IMG/VR virus record: IMGVR_UViG_2757320360_000002 | Coordinates: 1,328-65,327 of that record | Direction: 5' to 3' (one strand) | DNA from: a virus | Lineage: Duplodnaviria; Caudoviricetes | Length of the DNA: 64,000 bases | In this document: positions 36,957-45,167 of the stretch, piece by piece | Numbering within the stretch: the first letter of the stretch is position 1 | Layout of the letters: each line of letters opens with the position of its first letter | Notes under the pieces: model-generated | The model's input: only the letters and a program-made list of their open reading frames with translations | What the model was told of the DNA's origin: nothing | Database searches by the model: none | Program-made: the position numbers and the translations under genes

Positions 36957-39580
36957 TTTGCATTCTCCTCGTCCATCAATTCCATATCGAACAGCGTGGG
37001 CATGCTCACCTCGCGCTCCATTGCCTGGCAGTAATGCACCTGGTCAGTGAAATACGCCGGGTTCAACTCACTGCCGGCGCCGCAGCGGCCCAGCTTCATC
37101 GCGCGCACTGGCACGGTACCCAGGCCACAGAACGGGTCATAAATCACTTCGCCCGGGTTGCTGTAGCGGCCGATAAGGCGGTCAACGATATCGATCTGGA
37201 AGGGGCAAACGTGCTTTTCGACAGCGCGCGCCGACTGCTCGCCGTTCAGGGTGCGCATGCGCACGATGTCGTGCCACACGGCCGGATCGGCGCTGCCCGG
37301 CGCCAGGCTGAGATAATCGGCAGGCAGTGCCTTATTGGCCAGCAGCGCCTCGCCGACCTCGACGTGGTATTCATAGTTGTAGACGTTGCCCATCGACATG
37401 CTGGTGAACAGCTTAGCCAGCTTGCCCGGGCCGAAACTGGCCAGCTCGGCCGCGCCCAGCAGGCGATCGCCACTGGAGCGCCAGAACGCATGCGCGTCGA
37501 CCTGCCAGCGCGCCACGCTGTAGCCAGTACCAGGAATCGGCGCGGCCTTGCGGTCAAACGGGATCCGGTCGCCGGCATCGTCCAGGCACATTGGCTTGGC
37601 CTTGGTCACAGGCGTATCGGCATAGCCACGGCTGCGGTCCGTCTGCGGCTTGTGGAACAGCAGGATGTATTCCGGCGAGCCGACGCCCATCTTCGTGCCG
37701 TCCTTGCACACCTCGGAATAGCCCAGGCGGTAGGTCTGGTTGTTTTCGCGCACCACGTCGGTCACTACCGTGATCATGCCCATATAGTCGAAGCCATGCT
37801 TTATGCCGTGGAACAGCGCCTCGGCATGAAACGGGCTGACCGTTGGCACGCCCGCGCCGGTGACGTTGCCGAAGTTGATGCGGTCCTTTACGTGGCAGGC
37901 GTAAATGCGGCCAGGCTGCAGGATGCGCAGCAGCTCGGGAGTCAGGAAGTCCATCTGCGCCCAGAAGTGGTCGTTGTCTTGGGTGTGGCCGAAATCGTTG
38001 TAGCTGGGTGTGTATTCGTAATGGTTGGCGAATGGAACGCTGGTGATGATCATGCCCACCGAGTTATCCGGTTGCTGCATGGCTTCCAGCACGCAATCGT
38101 TATTGGCCACCGAAAAACGCTCGCCGGCCACCACGGCGCGCTCGACGCCGATGGTGCGCGCCAGCGAATCCTGCATGGACAGCTGATCCAGGCCATAGGC
38201 GCGGATGATCTGGCCCATCTTGGCCTGCATTTCGTCGTGGCGACGCCATTTCTCCATCAGGTCGGCCAGCACCTTGCGTTCGACCTCCGTATGGATGATG
38301 TCGATGCGGACGGCGTGCTGCTGCTGGAAGCGCTGGACGCGGTGGATGGCCTGGATAAAATCGTTGAACTTGAAGCCGATCCCCGCGAAAATCTCGCGAT
38401 GGCAGTGCACCTGGAAGTTGCAGCCGCTGCCGGCGATGATCGGCTTGGTCGACAGATACTTGATCTTGCCGTCGCTGAAATCGGCGATGCGCTGCTCGCG
38501 CTGGTCCAGGTCCTGCGTGCCCCACACGCTGACCACGCCCGGCACGGCCGCCTGAATGGCGTGGCGCTCATCTTCCAGGTCGTGCCAGATCAGGAAATGA
38601 TCATCAGGATCTGCAGCTATGATCTCGGCCACCTTGGCGATGCGCGCGGCCATGCTGTCGCGCTTCTCGCCAGCAGCGGCCGACAGGCCCATGGCCACGT
38701 TCGGGATAAGCAGGCCCTGGCCGTTCTTTTCGGCGCCGGCCGTGCTGTAATTGCTCGGCACCTCATGAAAGCGCACGTCCAGCGCCGGCAGATCGTAGCC
38801 CTCATCAGAATGGCCCAAGTCGCTCGGGCGTTGGATGAAGACGGCCCAACTGGCCACCCACAGCCAGAATTCCTGTTCCTTATGCGGGTACAGCGTCAAG
38901 TTGCCCGCCTTCTCGCTGTCGCGTTGGAAGAACCGGGTCAGGGCCTGGCCGGTGTCCATCACGCCCAGGAAGCCGGCATAGTGGATCAATTCCTTGAAGC
39001 GGTTCGGCGAGGGCGTGGCCGTGTAGACGAACTTGAACTCGACTTGCTCGAACAGCGGCAGGAATTCTTGATACGTCTTGCTGCCGTAGCTGCGCAGCAC
39101 GCTGGCCTCGTCCAGGCCGACGGCGCGGAACTTGCGCACGTCGATCTTGCCCTCGCGCACCGATTCGTAGTTCGTCAGGTAGACGACGTCCTGGCTATCG
39201 ATCTCGGCGTCCGTCCGGATGAAGCGCACTTGCACCTCATATTCGCCCGTGAAGCGCTTCGCCGCCTCGCGGATGAACTCCTGGCGCACGCCCAGCGGCA
39301 GCACGATCAGGCGCAGGCCTGGCCGGTGAATACCGATCTGGCGCATGACCTCCAGGTTGGTACTGGTCTTGTGCAGGCCGAACGAGGCGAAGATGGCGCG
39401 CTGCCCGCCGGCCAAGGCCCAACGCACGATGTCACGGGTGTGCGGCTTGAGACCAGGATGGATATCGGCCAGTGGGACGTCGAAGCCCTTGCGCTGCGCC
39501 AGCTTGATCTTAGCGCGCAGGAATTCGCTGTATTCGGCTTCTTTCAGGTGTTTTTGCTCTTGCGGGCTAAAGGCGCTCAT
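36953..39580 (-). CDS. SNF2-like helicase fused to amino (N4C/N6A) DNA methyltransferase
   Basis: SFGLHKT, LDEAS, TATPSPN and QAIHRVQRF helicase motifs; ITSVPF (motif IV) and DPFCGLGT (motif I). Confidence 0.85.
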   Translation of the reverse strand: MSAFSPQEQKHLKEAEYSEFLRAKIKLAQRKGFDVPLADIHPGLKPHTRDIVRWALAGGQRAIFASFGLHKTSTNLEVMRQIGIHRPGLRLIVLPLGVRQEFIREAAKRFTGEYEVQVRFIRTDAEIDSQDVVYLTNYESVREGKIDVRKFRAVGLDEASVLRSYGSKTYQEFLPLFEQVEFKFVYTATPSPNRFKELIHYAGFLGVMDTGQALTRFFQRDSEKAGNLTLYPHKEQEFWLWVASWAVFIQRPSDLGHSDEGYDLPALDVRFHEVPSNYSTAGAEKNGQGLLIPNVAMGLSAAAGEKRDSMAARIAKVAEIIAADPDDHFLIWHDLEDERHAIQAAVPGVVSVWGTQDLDQREQRIADFSDGKIKYLSTKPIIAGSGCNFQVHCHREIFAGIGFKFNDFIQAIHRVQRFQQQHAVRIDIIHTEVERKVLADLMEKWRRHDEMQAKMGQIIRAYGLDQLSMQDSLARTIGVERAVVAGERFSVANNDCVLEAMQQPDNSVGMIITSVPFANHYEYTPSYNDFGHTQDNDHFWAQMDFLTPELLRILQPGRIYACHVKDRINFGNVTGAGVPTVSPFHAEALFHGIKHGFDYMGMITVVTDVVRENNQTYRLGYSEVCKDGTKMGVGSPEYILLFHKPQTDRSRGYADTPVTKAKPMCLDDAGDRIPFDRKAAPIPGTGYSVARWQVDAHAFWRSSGDRLLGAAELASFGPGKLAKLFTSMSMGNVYNYEYHVEVGEALLANKALPADYLSLAPGSADPAVWHDIVRMRTLNGEQSARAVEKHVCPFQIDIVDRLIGRYSNPGEVIYDPFCGLGTVPVRAMKLGRCGAGSELNPAYFTDQVHYCQAMEREVSMPTLFDMELMDEENAK

Positions 39581-40065
39581 GTGTGTTCCGATGTAGGTTG
39601 AATGGCGACGGGCGCTGCATCGAGCAGGCCCATCGACCGTAAAATTTCGTGCGTGGTGCTGACAGCCGCGCGAAACGCAGCCTCCAGGCCGGCCAGCGAC
39701 AGATCAGCCGGGCGCGGGCGCCTGCCGTCGAGCATGTCGTGGCAGGCGCTGCAGCCGAACGCTGCGGCCGTGTCTGGCGCTTTCAATCCCATGCCCTTCC
39801 CGTCAGCCAGGAAATTGCTGTGGCAGAGCACGGTGGTGTCAGGGTCGAAGTTGCAGACGGCCAGGCGCAGCGTGCAGTCCTGGCCCCGCGCTGCACGCCG
39901 GATCGGTGTCGAGATCGGGCCTTTTGACTTCATGCCGGCCTTGCGCTTCGGCGCCGTGCGCTGGTGCGACTGCACGGAGAGCATGCCGGTGCTGGGCATG
40001 GGCGAGGTGCGCTTGAATGGCGTGCGCGCCAAGGGTTTGCCTGGCTTCATGGGCGAGCGCTTCAT
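39577..40065 (-). CDS. DUF1364/YbcO-like nuclease-domain protein
   Basis: ARGQDCTLRL.VCN.DP.TTVLCH..GKGMGLK..GCSACHD..DGR. Confidence 0.85.
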   Translation of the reverse strand: MKRSPMKPGKPLARTPFKRTSPMPSTGMLSVQSHQRTAPKRKAGMKSKGPISTPIRRAARGQDCTLRLAVCNFDPDTTVLCHSNFLADGKGMGLKAPDTAAAFGCSACHDMLDGRRPRPADLSLAGLEAAFRAAVSTTHEILRSMGLLDAAPVAIQPTSEHT

Positions 40066-40355
40066 GGGGCCACGCTCCAACGTGTATGATTGACAATCAA
40101 AACCAAGCGAGGAGCATCAACAGTGTCCTTTCCACCAATGTTCGAGCCTACTGATCCTGCCGTCACAGCAGCAGCAATTGAACAAGCCGTGCAAGCCAAG
40201 CGAAGTGCGGATGCTGCCGTGTTGTCAGCGGAGGAGTCTGTTAAGTCTTCCGCGGCTGCGCAAATGTCAGCACGAGCATCAATATTTGCCGCCTTCGTTT
40301 CGTTCGCTGCGCTTATTGTTGCGATTGCAGCATTTTTTAAATCGCCATAGTTCAA
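40062..40355 (-). CDS. Bridge ORF 1 (97 aa), antisense to cargo gene
   Basis: TTG overlaps stop at 40352-40354; TGA overlaps DUF1364 ATG; protein itself is not family-like. Confidence 0.45.
   Translation of the reverse strand: MNYGDLKNAAIATISAANETKAANIDARADICAAAEDLTDSSADNTAASALRLACTACSIAAAVTAGSVGSNIGGKDTVDAPRLVLIVNHTRWSVAP
40123..40350 (+). CDS. Antisense cargo gene 1: 75-aa Ala-rich protein with C-terminal TM
   Basis: GAGGAG RBS 8 nt before GTG 40123; TATGAT -10 at 40085-40090. Confidence 0.7.
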   Translation: MSFPPMFEPTDPAVTAAAIEQAVQAKRSADAAVLSAEESVKSSAAAQMSARASIFAAFVSFAALIVAIAAFFKSP

Positions 40356-40480
40356 AGCTCGCCCTCCGAAAACAAACGCGGCTGCGCAGCGCCATTGGCG
40401 TATATGGAATCCATAACGGTCGTGGCGATAGGTTCGTCGCGGTAGCTACGCCGCTTGTCGCTGGTTAAATTCTTCATCAT
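40352..40480 (-). CDS. 42-aa hypothetical protein
   Basis: MMKNLTSDKRRSY.. starts in PAPS-reductase stop (ATGA). Confidence 0.5.
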   Translation of the reverse strand: MMKNLTSDKRRSYRDEPIATTVMDSIYANGAAQPRLFSEGEL

Positions 40481-41469
40481 TCGCAAAGTCCGTAAGCAGA
40501 GCTGCACGCCGTTGGCTCGTCCAACGCTGTGAGCAACGAAAATTGCTTGCCGCCGCGGCTGGTCTTCGACCATTCGACAACTGCTTCGATGGTCGAAGCC
40601 TGGCCCGAGTGCGCCTTAGTGCCCATATGGAAGAACGACACAGGTGAGCGCGGTCGGCATACCTCAGATACCAGGGCTTCCCATTCCGCGATTCGAACGA
40701 TGTGCTCAGGGAACCGGCGAGACACTTCGTGCAGCTCCCCTTTGCTGCAGTTGACGCAAGGCATGCAGCCGACGCGCGACATGCCTTGCTTGTAGAGCGG
40801 ATTTGGCTCGATGCCAGCCAAGCGATGGGCCTCGAACACGTCACCGACGTTCCAGCGCAAGATGGGCCGGTAGGTGAACAGGCCGCCGCCCACCACCTCA
40901 AAGTGCTTGACGCACGCGCCAGTACCTTGCAGCCGCTCGCGACGTGATTGGCTTTCATCGATACGGACGCCCTGCCAGGACCAGATCGCGTCGCACTCAT
41001 GATCAATCAATTCCATGGCGAACTCCGTCAAGGGTTTAGTCTTGAGGTATTCCGTGCAAAACTGCCGTTTGCGCGACGGGAAGCCGCCGCGCACCATGCA
41101 AAGGTCCAGGTATGGGTTTCCAGTTGGGTGAAGCAGGTCAAGGGCACGCTGGGCGGCCTCTGCCGTCCAGTGGTACATAAACTTGCGTTTTCCATATACA
41201 GCTGATTCAGGCTCGCCGGCCGCGATGCGTGCCAGGTTGGCTCGCTTGGTAGCGAACTCATCAGCGAAATCGGCTCGCACCACGTAAACCTTGATGCCCA
41301 GGGCCGCCGGCAAGTAGTCCAGCGCATATTCCAGCGTGCTCTCGTGCTCGTTGCCCGTATCGGCCATGACGAAGCGGCATGCGGCCGTACCGTGCTGTTC
41401 TAGGGCAAGAATGGCGGTAGCCGTGCTGTCCTTGCCGCCCGAAAGTGAAATCAAGTGGATCAGGCTCAT
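40477..41469 (-). CDS. PAPS-reductase-family (PP-loop) protein
   Basis: SLSGGKDS, ADTGNEH, CTEYLK..P, GVRIDES..R, NPLY..G.SRVGCMPC. Confidence 0.9.
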   Translation of the reverse strand: MSLIHLISLSGGKDSTATAILALEQHGTAACRFVMADTGNEHESTLEYALDYLPAALGIKVYVVRADFADEFATKRANLARIAAGEPESAVYGKRKFMYHWTAEAAQRALDLLHPTGNPYLDLCMVRGGFPSRKRQFCTEYLKTKPLTEFAMELIDHECDAIWSWQGVRIDESQSRRERLQGTGACVKHFEVVGGGLFTYRPILRWNVGDVFEAHRLAGIEPNPLYKQGMSRVGCMPCVNCSKGELHEVSRRFPEHIVRIAEWEALVSEVCRPRSPVSFFHMGTKAHSGQASTIEAVVEWSKTSRGGKQFSLLTALDEPTACSSAYGLCE

Positions 41470-41477
41470 GATAAAAT
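41466..41477 (+). promoter_or_regulatory. Extended -10 promoter candidate TCATGATAAAAT
   Basis: TGn-TAAAAT built on the reverse complement of the ATGA junction. Confidence 0.6.
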
Positions 41478-42104
41478 TGCCTTTTGACAAGAGGATATAT
41501 GTTGACTTGGTTTAGATGGGCGATGCTTGTAATTGCTTTGGGCGCAGCCGGCTACTACGGCTACCGAACGACTCCTTGGTCTTGTGTGGATGCGACGGTT
41601 ACTGCGTACTGGGTGCAGGCGATCGGTTCGATAGCAGCGATCTACTGGGCTGCACGCATTGCAAGTAGGCAGACTCACACAGCACGAATTGACCGGAAAA
41701 GAGCGCATCTTGAGACAGCAATGGCCACTCTTCTGCTCGCAGACCGCTTTCGCGAAGAGGCCATGAATGCGGCGCAACATGCGAGAAGTGCAATCATTTT
41801 TCATAGCGGATTGAAGCTCACATCTGCCAAAGACCGAGTTGAGCGCATCCACGCGAATATCGAGATTCTGTTTAAAAACAATGTTGATGCCGATGTATTG
41901 AGTATTGTTCTGAGAATCCACTCGCAGACTGGAGCAGCGCTCCGCAACATGGAGGCCGTGATCGGGGATAGTTCCAATCGAGATAACCACAAAGAGTCTG
42001 CCAGCACGGTGGTTGAGCATCTGAGTAACATTGCCCCTGATTTGAAGGCATGCACTCAAAGGATCGCGAGCGAACTTGCTAAAATTGACTAAATAAGTAG
42101 TCAC
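41466..42104 (-). CDS. Bridge ORF 2 (212 aa), antisense to cargo gene
   Basis: GTG overlaps MTase stop (GTGA); TGA overlaps PAPS-reductase ATG (ATGA). Confidence 0.45.
   Translation of the reverse strand: MTTYLVNFSKFARDPLSACLQIRGNVTQMLNHRAGRLFVVISIGTIPDHGLHVAERCSSLRVDSQNNTQYIGINIVFKQNLDIRVDALNSVFGRCELQSAMKNDCTSRMLRRIHGLFAKAVCEQKSGHCCLKMRSFPVNSCCVSLPTCNACSPVDRCYRTDRLHPVRSNRRIHTRPRSRSVAVVAGCAQSNYKHRPSKPSQHISSCQKAILS
41499..42092 (+). CDS. Antisense cargo gene 2: W-x-QAIG membrane protein
   Basis: GAGGA RBS; two TM segments, YWVQAIGSIAAI..SRQ, helical C-domain; AT-richer. Confidence 0.8.
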   Translation: MLTWFRWAMLVIALGAAGYYGYRTTPWSCVDATVTAYWVQAIGSIAAIYWAARIASRQTHTARIDRKRAHLETAMATLLLADRFREEAMNAAQHARSAIIFHSGLKLTSAKDRVERIHANIEILFKNNVDADVLSIVLRIHSQTGAALRNMEAVIGDSSNRDNHKESASTVVEHLSNIAPDLKACTQRIASELAKID

Positions 42105-44026
42105 GCCACCCTCACAATCTCGCGCTCATGCGCGAAGTTGGCGCGCATAGCAGAATCAATGCGGCGGCCGAGCCAAGCCACATTCGACACGGCCCAGCTG
42201 TTGCCGATGGCCTTATAGCGCGGACCGTCCGCTGCTGCGCGAGCAACCTGGTCGCGCGTCATCACCCCACCACGGAGCAGGTATTTGATCCAGTCCTGGT
42301 CAAGCTTTTCAGGGCGCATGGTGCGGCCGAAGGGTATGAGGGTGTAGTCGTCAGGGAACGCCTGAAGGCGCTCGCACTCGCGAGGCGTCAGGCGACGGAC
42401 TGCCATGCCCGCCAGCACCATTGGCATGCCTTGGCCAGGCTTGCCGCCGCCGGTCGACAGCGCGCCAGTGCGGCTGCCGTCGCCACCTTCCAGGCGGATT
42501 TCGGCGCGGCTATTCTCGGCGAATGCAGCCACAATTGGCTGCCCGCGCCCAGTGCCATCCTCGCTGGCATCGAAGCCTTCGGCTTTGAGGGTGTGCGTGA
42601 TGTCGCCCGTGATGCAGATAGCCTGCGCTTGGGGGCTGGATGTACTCAAAGTGCCGAAGACGCTGGTACTGCTCACGCAGTCCTGGCGCGCGTCGAAGGC
42701 GATAGCCGGTGGAATGCCGGCGTTGGCATGACTGCCAGCGTGGTTTCCAGCGCGTAGCGTCGGTGACAGGTCGTAGCAGGCGTCGCCACCGTAGTCCTTG
42801 CTGCTAAAGGCGATTGGCGCGAGCGCCACGCCGTGTTGCGCCCCGTTGTCTAGCGTGTACATCGGTGCGCCGGCGTTGCCGATACCCAGGCCGTTTTGAT
42901 CCTTGCCGCGGGTAGCGTTTTGGATTGGATACGCCACCTGCTGAACCAGGAATGTCTCGCTCTCAAAATCGAAATGTGGCCCGGCATGCGCGCGGCAGGC
43001 GGTGGCAACATGTATTTCGCCTGCCTGGTTATTGCCGCCGAAAGCCATAGGGATAAGCATGCCGGCTTCGGCATCTTGCTGCGTGGCGCTACCCGCAGCT
43101 TTTCCGTTCGCCCGCAGCGTACCGGCAATCAGCGTGTCCAAACCATCGCCACGTGGGCGCTCAACGCTGCGCGCCACTGGAGCGGCTACGGAAGCAGCGA
43201 AAGCAATGTCTTTCCCGTCGACCTGTCGTGCTCCGCCAATATCCTCGGTACTGACTGGCTGCAACCCGAGGCCGCATTCGTCCTGCACTCCGCCACGGCG
43301 CGCAGCGCTCGCTCTAACTGTGCCGGCAATGTCTTGCGGCGATTCTCGGCTCGGCGGAGAATCCCGGCGCACGCCGTCGAACTCAAAAAGTACCGATGCG
43401 GGATCGAACCCCTCTCCAGCACTTGCGACAACGAACACACGACGGCGTCGTTGGGCCACTCCGAAATATTGGGCGTCGAGGGTCCGCCACGCGACTGTTC
43501 GCGCGGGACCATACACACAACCAGCGTACGCCCACTTACCCCCTGGCGGCTCGATTGGATCATCTTCGCCGGCAAGGCCAGCAAGGAAGCAGCCGAAGGC
43601 ATTGTCTTTTGTGGAGAGAACGCCAGGGACGTTTTCCCAGAAGACAACGGCTGGAAGAAGTCCAGTTGCTGCGCGTCGTGCGTCAATTTCATCTGCAATC
43701 TCACAAAAAACAAGGGAAAGGTTGCCGCGCTCATCGTCGAGCGAATTGCGCAGGCCCGCAATCGAGAATGCCTGGCAAGGCGTACCGCCGCAAAAGACAT
43801 CGGGCGCTGGCACGAAGCCATCGCGAACCAGGGCGGCGACCTTGGTCATGTCGCCCAGGTTTGGTACGTCCGGATAGTGGTGCGCCAGCACGGCGCAAGG
43901 GAAAGGCTCGATCTCAGCCAACCAGGCCGCGCGCCAGCCGAGCGGGCCCCAGGCGACGCTGGCAGCCTCAAGGCCGCTGCATACGGAGCCGAAGGTAATG
44001 GGCATAGTGAAGGCGTCGCGCTTCAT
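42101..44026 (-). CDS. C5-cytosine DNA methyltransferase with long repetitive variable region
   Basis: FGSVCSG, GGTPCQAFS, WENVPG, QRRRRVF, RRLTPRECERLQ and YKAIGNS motifs. Confidence 0.92.
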   Translation of the reverse strand: MKRDAFTMPITFGSVCSGLEAASVAWGPLGWRAAWLAEIEPFPCAVLAHHYPDVPNLGDMTKVAALVRDGFVPAPDVFCGGTPCQAFSIAGLRNSLDDERGNLSLVFCEIADEIDARRAATGLLPAVVFWENVPGVLSTKDNAFGCFLAGLAGEDDPIEPPGGKWAYAGCVYGPARTVAWRTLDAQYFGVAQRRRRVFVVASAGEGFDPASVLFEFDGVRRDSPPSRESPQDIAGTVRASAARRGGVQDECGLGLQPVSTEDIGGARQVDGKDIAFAASVAAPVARSVERPRGDGLDTLIAGTLRANGKAAGSATQQDAEAGMLIPMAFGGNNQAGEIHVATACRAHAGPHFDFESETFLVQQVAYPIQNATRGKDQNGLGIGNAGAPMYTLDNGAQHGVALAPIAFSSKDYGGDACYDLSPTLRAGNHAGSHANAGIPPAIAFDARQDCVSSTSVFGTLSTSSPQAQAICITGDITHTLKAEGFDASEDGTGRGQPIVAAFAENSRAEIRLEGGDGSRTGALSTGGGKPGQGMPMVLAGMAVRRLTPRECERLQAFPDDYTLIPFGRTMRPEKLDQDWIKYLLRGGVMTRDQVARAAADGPRYKAIGNSWAVSNVAWLGRRIDSAMRANFAHEREIVRVA

Positions 44027-44034
44027 GCTAAGAT
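44023..44034 (+). promoter_or_regulatory. Extended -10 promoter candidate TCATGCTAAGAT
   Basis: TGn-TAAGAT at the same junction position as cassettes 2 and 4. Confidence 0.55.
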
Positions 44035-44766
44035 TCCTTTCAAACAACTTTGAATGCACTCGTGAAGAAATCCCATGTACTTCTTGGTATCGGACTGGTG
44101 GCGGGAGCGGTAGTTACCGGGTTCATTGGCAACTATGCAGGCCTGACGAAAGATAGCTGGCCTGGCTGGGTTCAGGCGATCGGCTCCATCGCTGCATTGG
44201 GAGTGGCGATATTCGTGATGAGCAGGCAGAATGCACATTCCGCTCGCCTTCTCGCCGAATCTGATAATCGCGTGATGACCCGCCGAGCTTCTGCAGTTTC
44301 TGCCCTTCTTGTCCGCGCCAATGAGCAACTGATAGAAGCAACTAAAAATCTCAAAGAAGCCGCGCGGGATGGCGACCAAACTAAATTTCACGTCACTTGG
44401 ATTGTTATTATTCCAGTGCTTAGGCAATGTCGAAGCGCCTTGGAAATGGTGCCTGCGCATGAGCTGGGTGCCTTCAAAATGGTAAGCGGGCTCCATTCCA
44501 TGATTGAGGCACTTGATTACTTTTTGGTGCTGGGTGAAGATTGGGAAACGATACCCTCTCCTTTGCACGATCCCATGTTCCAAATTCAATTTTGCGAAAG
44601 CCATCGAAATAGCGGCGCTAAAGCGCTCTCTGTTTTCAATCAAGGTGTTGACGAAATCACCGGTTAGCAACTTTTCCCATTCGACAATTGCCACGTTTTT
44701 TCCGTTAGCGGCATATTTTTTCTCGGTACGGGCTTTTGAGAAACAAGCAAACATTATTGGCTTCAT
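44023..44766 (-). CDS. Bridge ORF 3 (247 aa), antisense to cargo gene
   Basis: ATG overlaps stop at 44763-44765; TGA overlaps MTase ATG. Confidence 0.45.
   Translation of the reverse strand: MKPIMFACFSKARTEKKYAANGKNVAIVEWEKLLTGDFVNTLIENRERFSAAISMAFAKLNLEHGIVQRRGYRFPIFTQHQKVIKCLNHGMEPAYHFEGTQLMRRHHFQGASTLPKHWNNNNPSDVKFSLVAIPRGFFEIFSCFYQLLIGADKKGRNCRSSAGHHAIIRFGEKASGMCILPAHHEYRHSQCSDGADRLNPARPAIFRQACIVANEPGNYRSRHQSDTKKYMGFLHECIQSCLKGILA
44050..44667 (+). CDS. Antisense cargo gene 3: W-x-QAIG membrane protein
   Basis: Two TM segments, GWVQAIGSIAAL..SRQ; exact start uncertain (TTG 44050, no clear RBS). Confidence 0.78.
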   Translation: MNALVKKSHVLLGIGLVAGAVVTGFIGNYAGLTKDSWPGWVQAIGSIAALGVAIFVMSRQNAHSARLLAESDNRVMTRRASAVSALLVRANEQLIEATKNLKEAARDGDQTKFHVTWIVIIPVLRQCRSALEMVPAHELGAFKMVSGLHSMIEALDYFLVLGEDWETIPSPLHDPMFQIQFCESHRNSGAKALSVFNQGVDEITG

Positions 44767-45167
44767 GGGCGCACCTCGGCCGCAGGCCGGCGAACGACCA
44801 CGACAGGCATTGCGCCCACAGTACCGCGAAAGTGTGGAGTGGCCGCCTGGCCAGGCTGTTCCGGCTCGGCGCCCAGCAGCGCCGCCCGCGAGGCGTCTTT
44901 CAGTACGTAGCGAATGCCCGCCAGGCGCACATTCCCCTGGATGAAGCGCGAGAAGATCATGCGCAAGCGGTGCTCTATGCCCGCCTCTTCGATATCGAAG
45001 CCCGCGCGCTCGCAGATTTGGTAGAAGGTGCCGGGCCCGGCCAGCATCGCCTGCAGCAATACATACGAGCGGGAGCCCTGTTTAGGGAGCGTGATGCCAG
45101 AACGGCGGCGCTTCGTCTTATTTACGCCAAAAGTCGGGCGCGCGCGATCGTCAGCTTGGCCAGTCAC
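44763..45167 (-). CDS. Hypothetical protein, possibly HTH
   Basis: GTG 45167 overlaps KilA-N stop; stop overlaps bridge ORF 3 start. Confidence 0.6.
   Translation of the reverse strand: MTGQADDRARPTFGVNKTKRRRSGITLPKQGSRSYVLLQAMLAGPGTFYQICERAGFDIEEAGIEHRLRMIFSRFIQGNVRLAGIRYVLKDASRAALLGAEPEQPGQAATPHFRGTVGAMPVVVVRRPAAEVRP

Noticed and set aside
36944-39601. 885-aa plus-strand ORF antisense to the helicase-MTase (similarly 54628-56364, 28243-29301, 22531-24000, 14116-15612, 16111-17505)
   Set aside because: Antisense shadows of GC-rich genes: no RBS, no family motifs and no coupling to same-strand neighbours. They are the reason openness alone was not accepted as evidence for the bridge ORFs.
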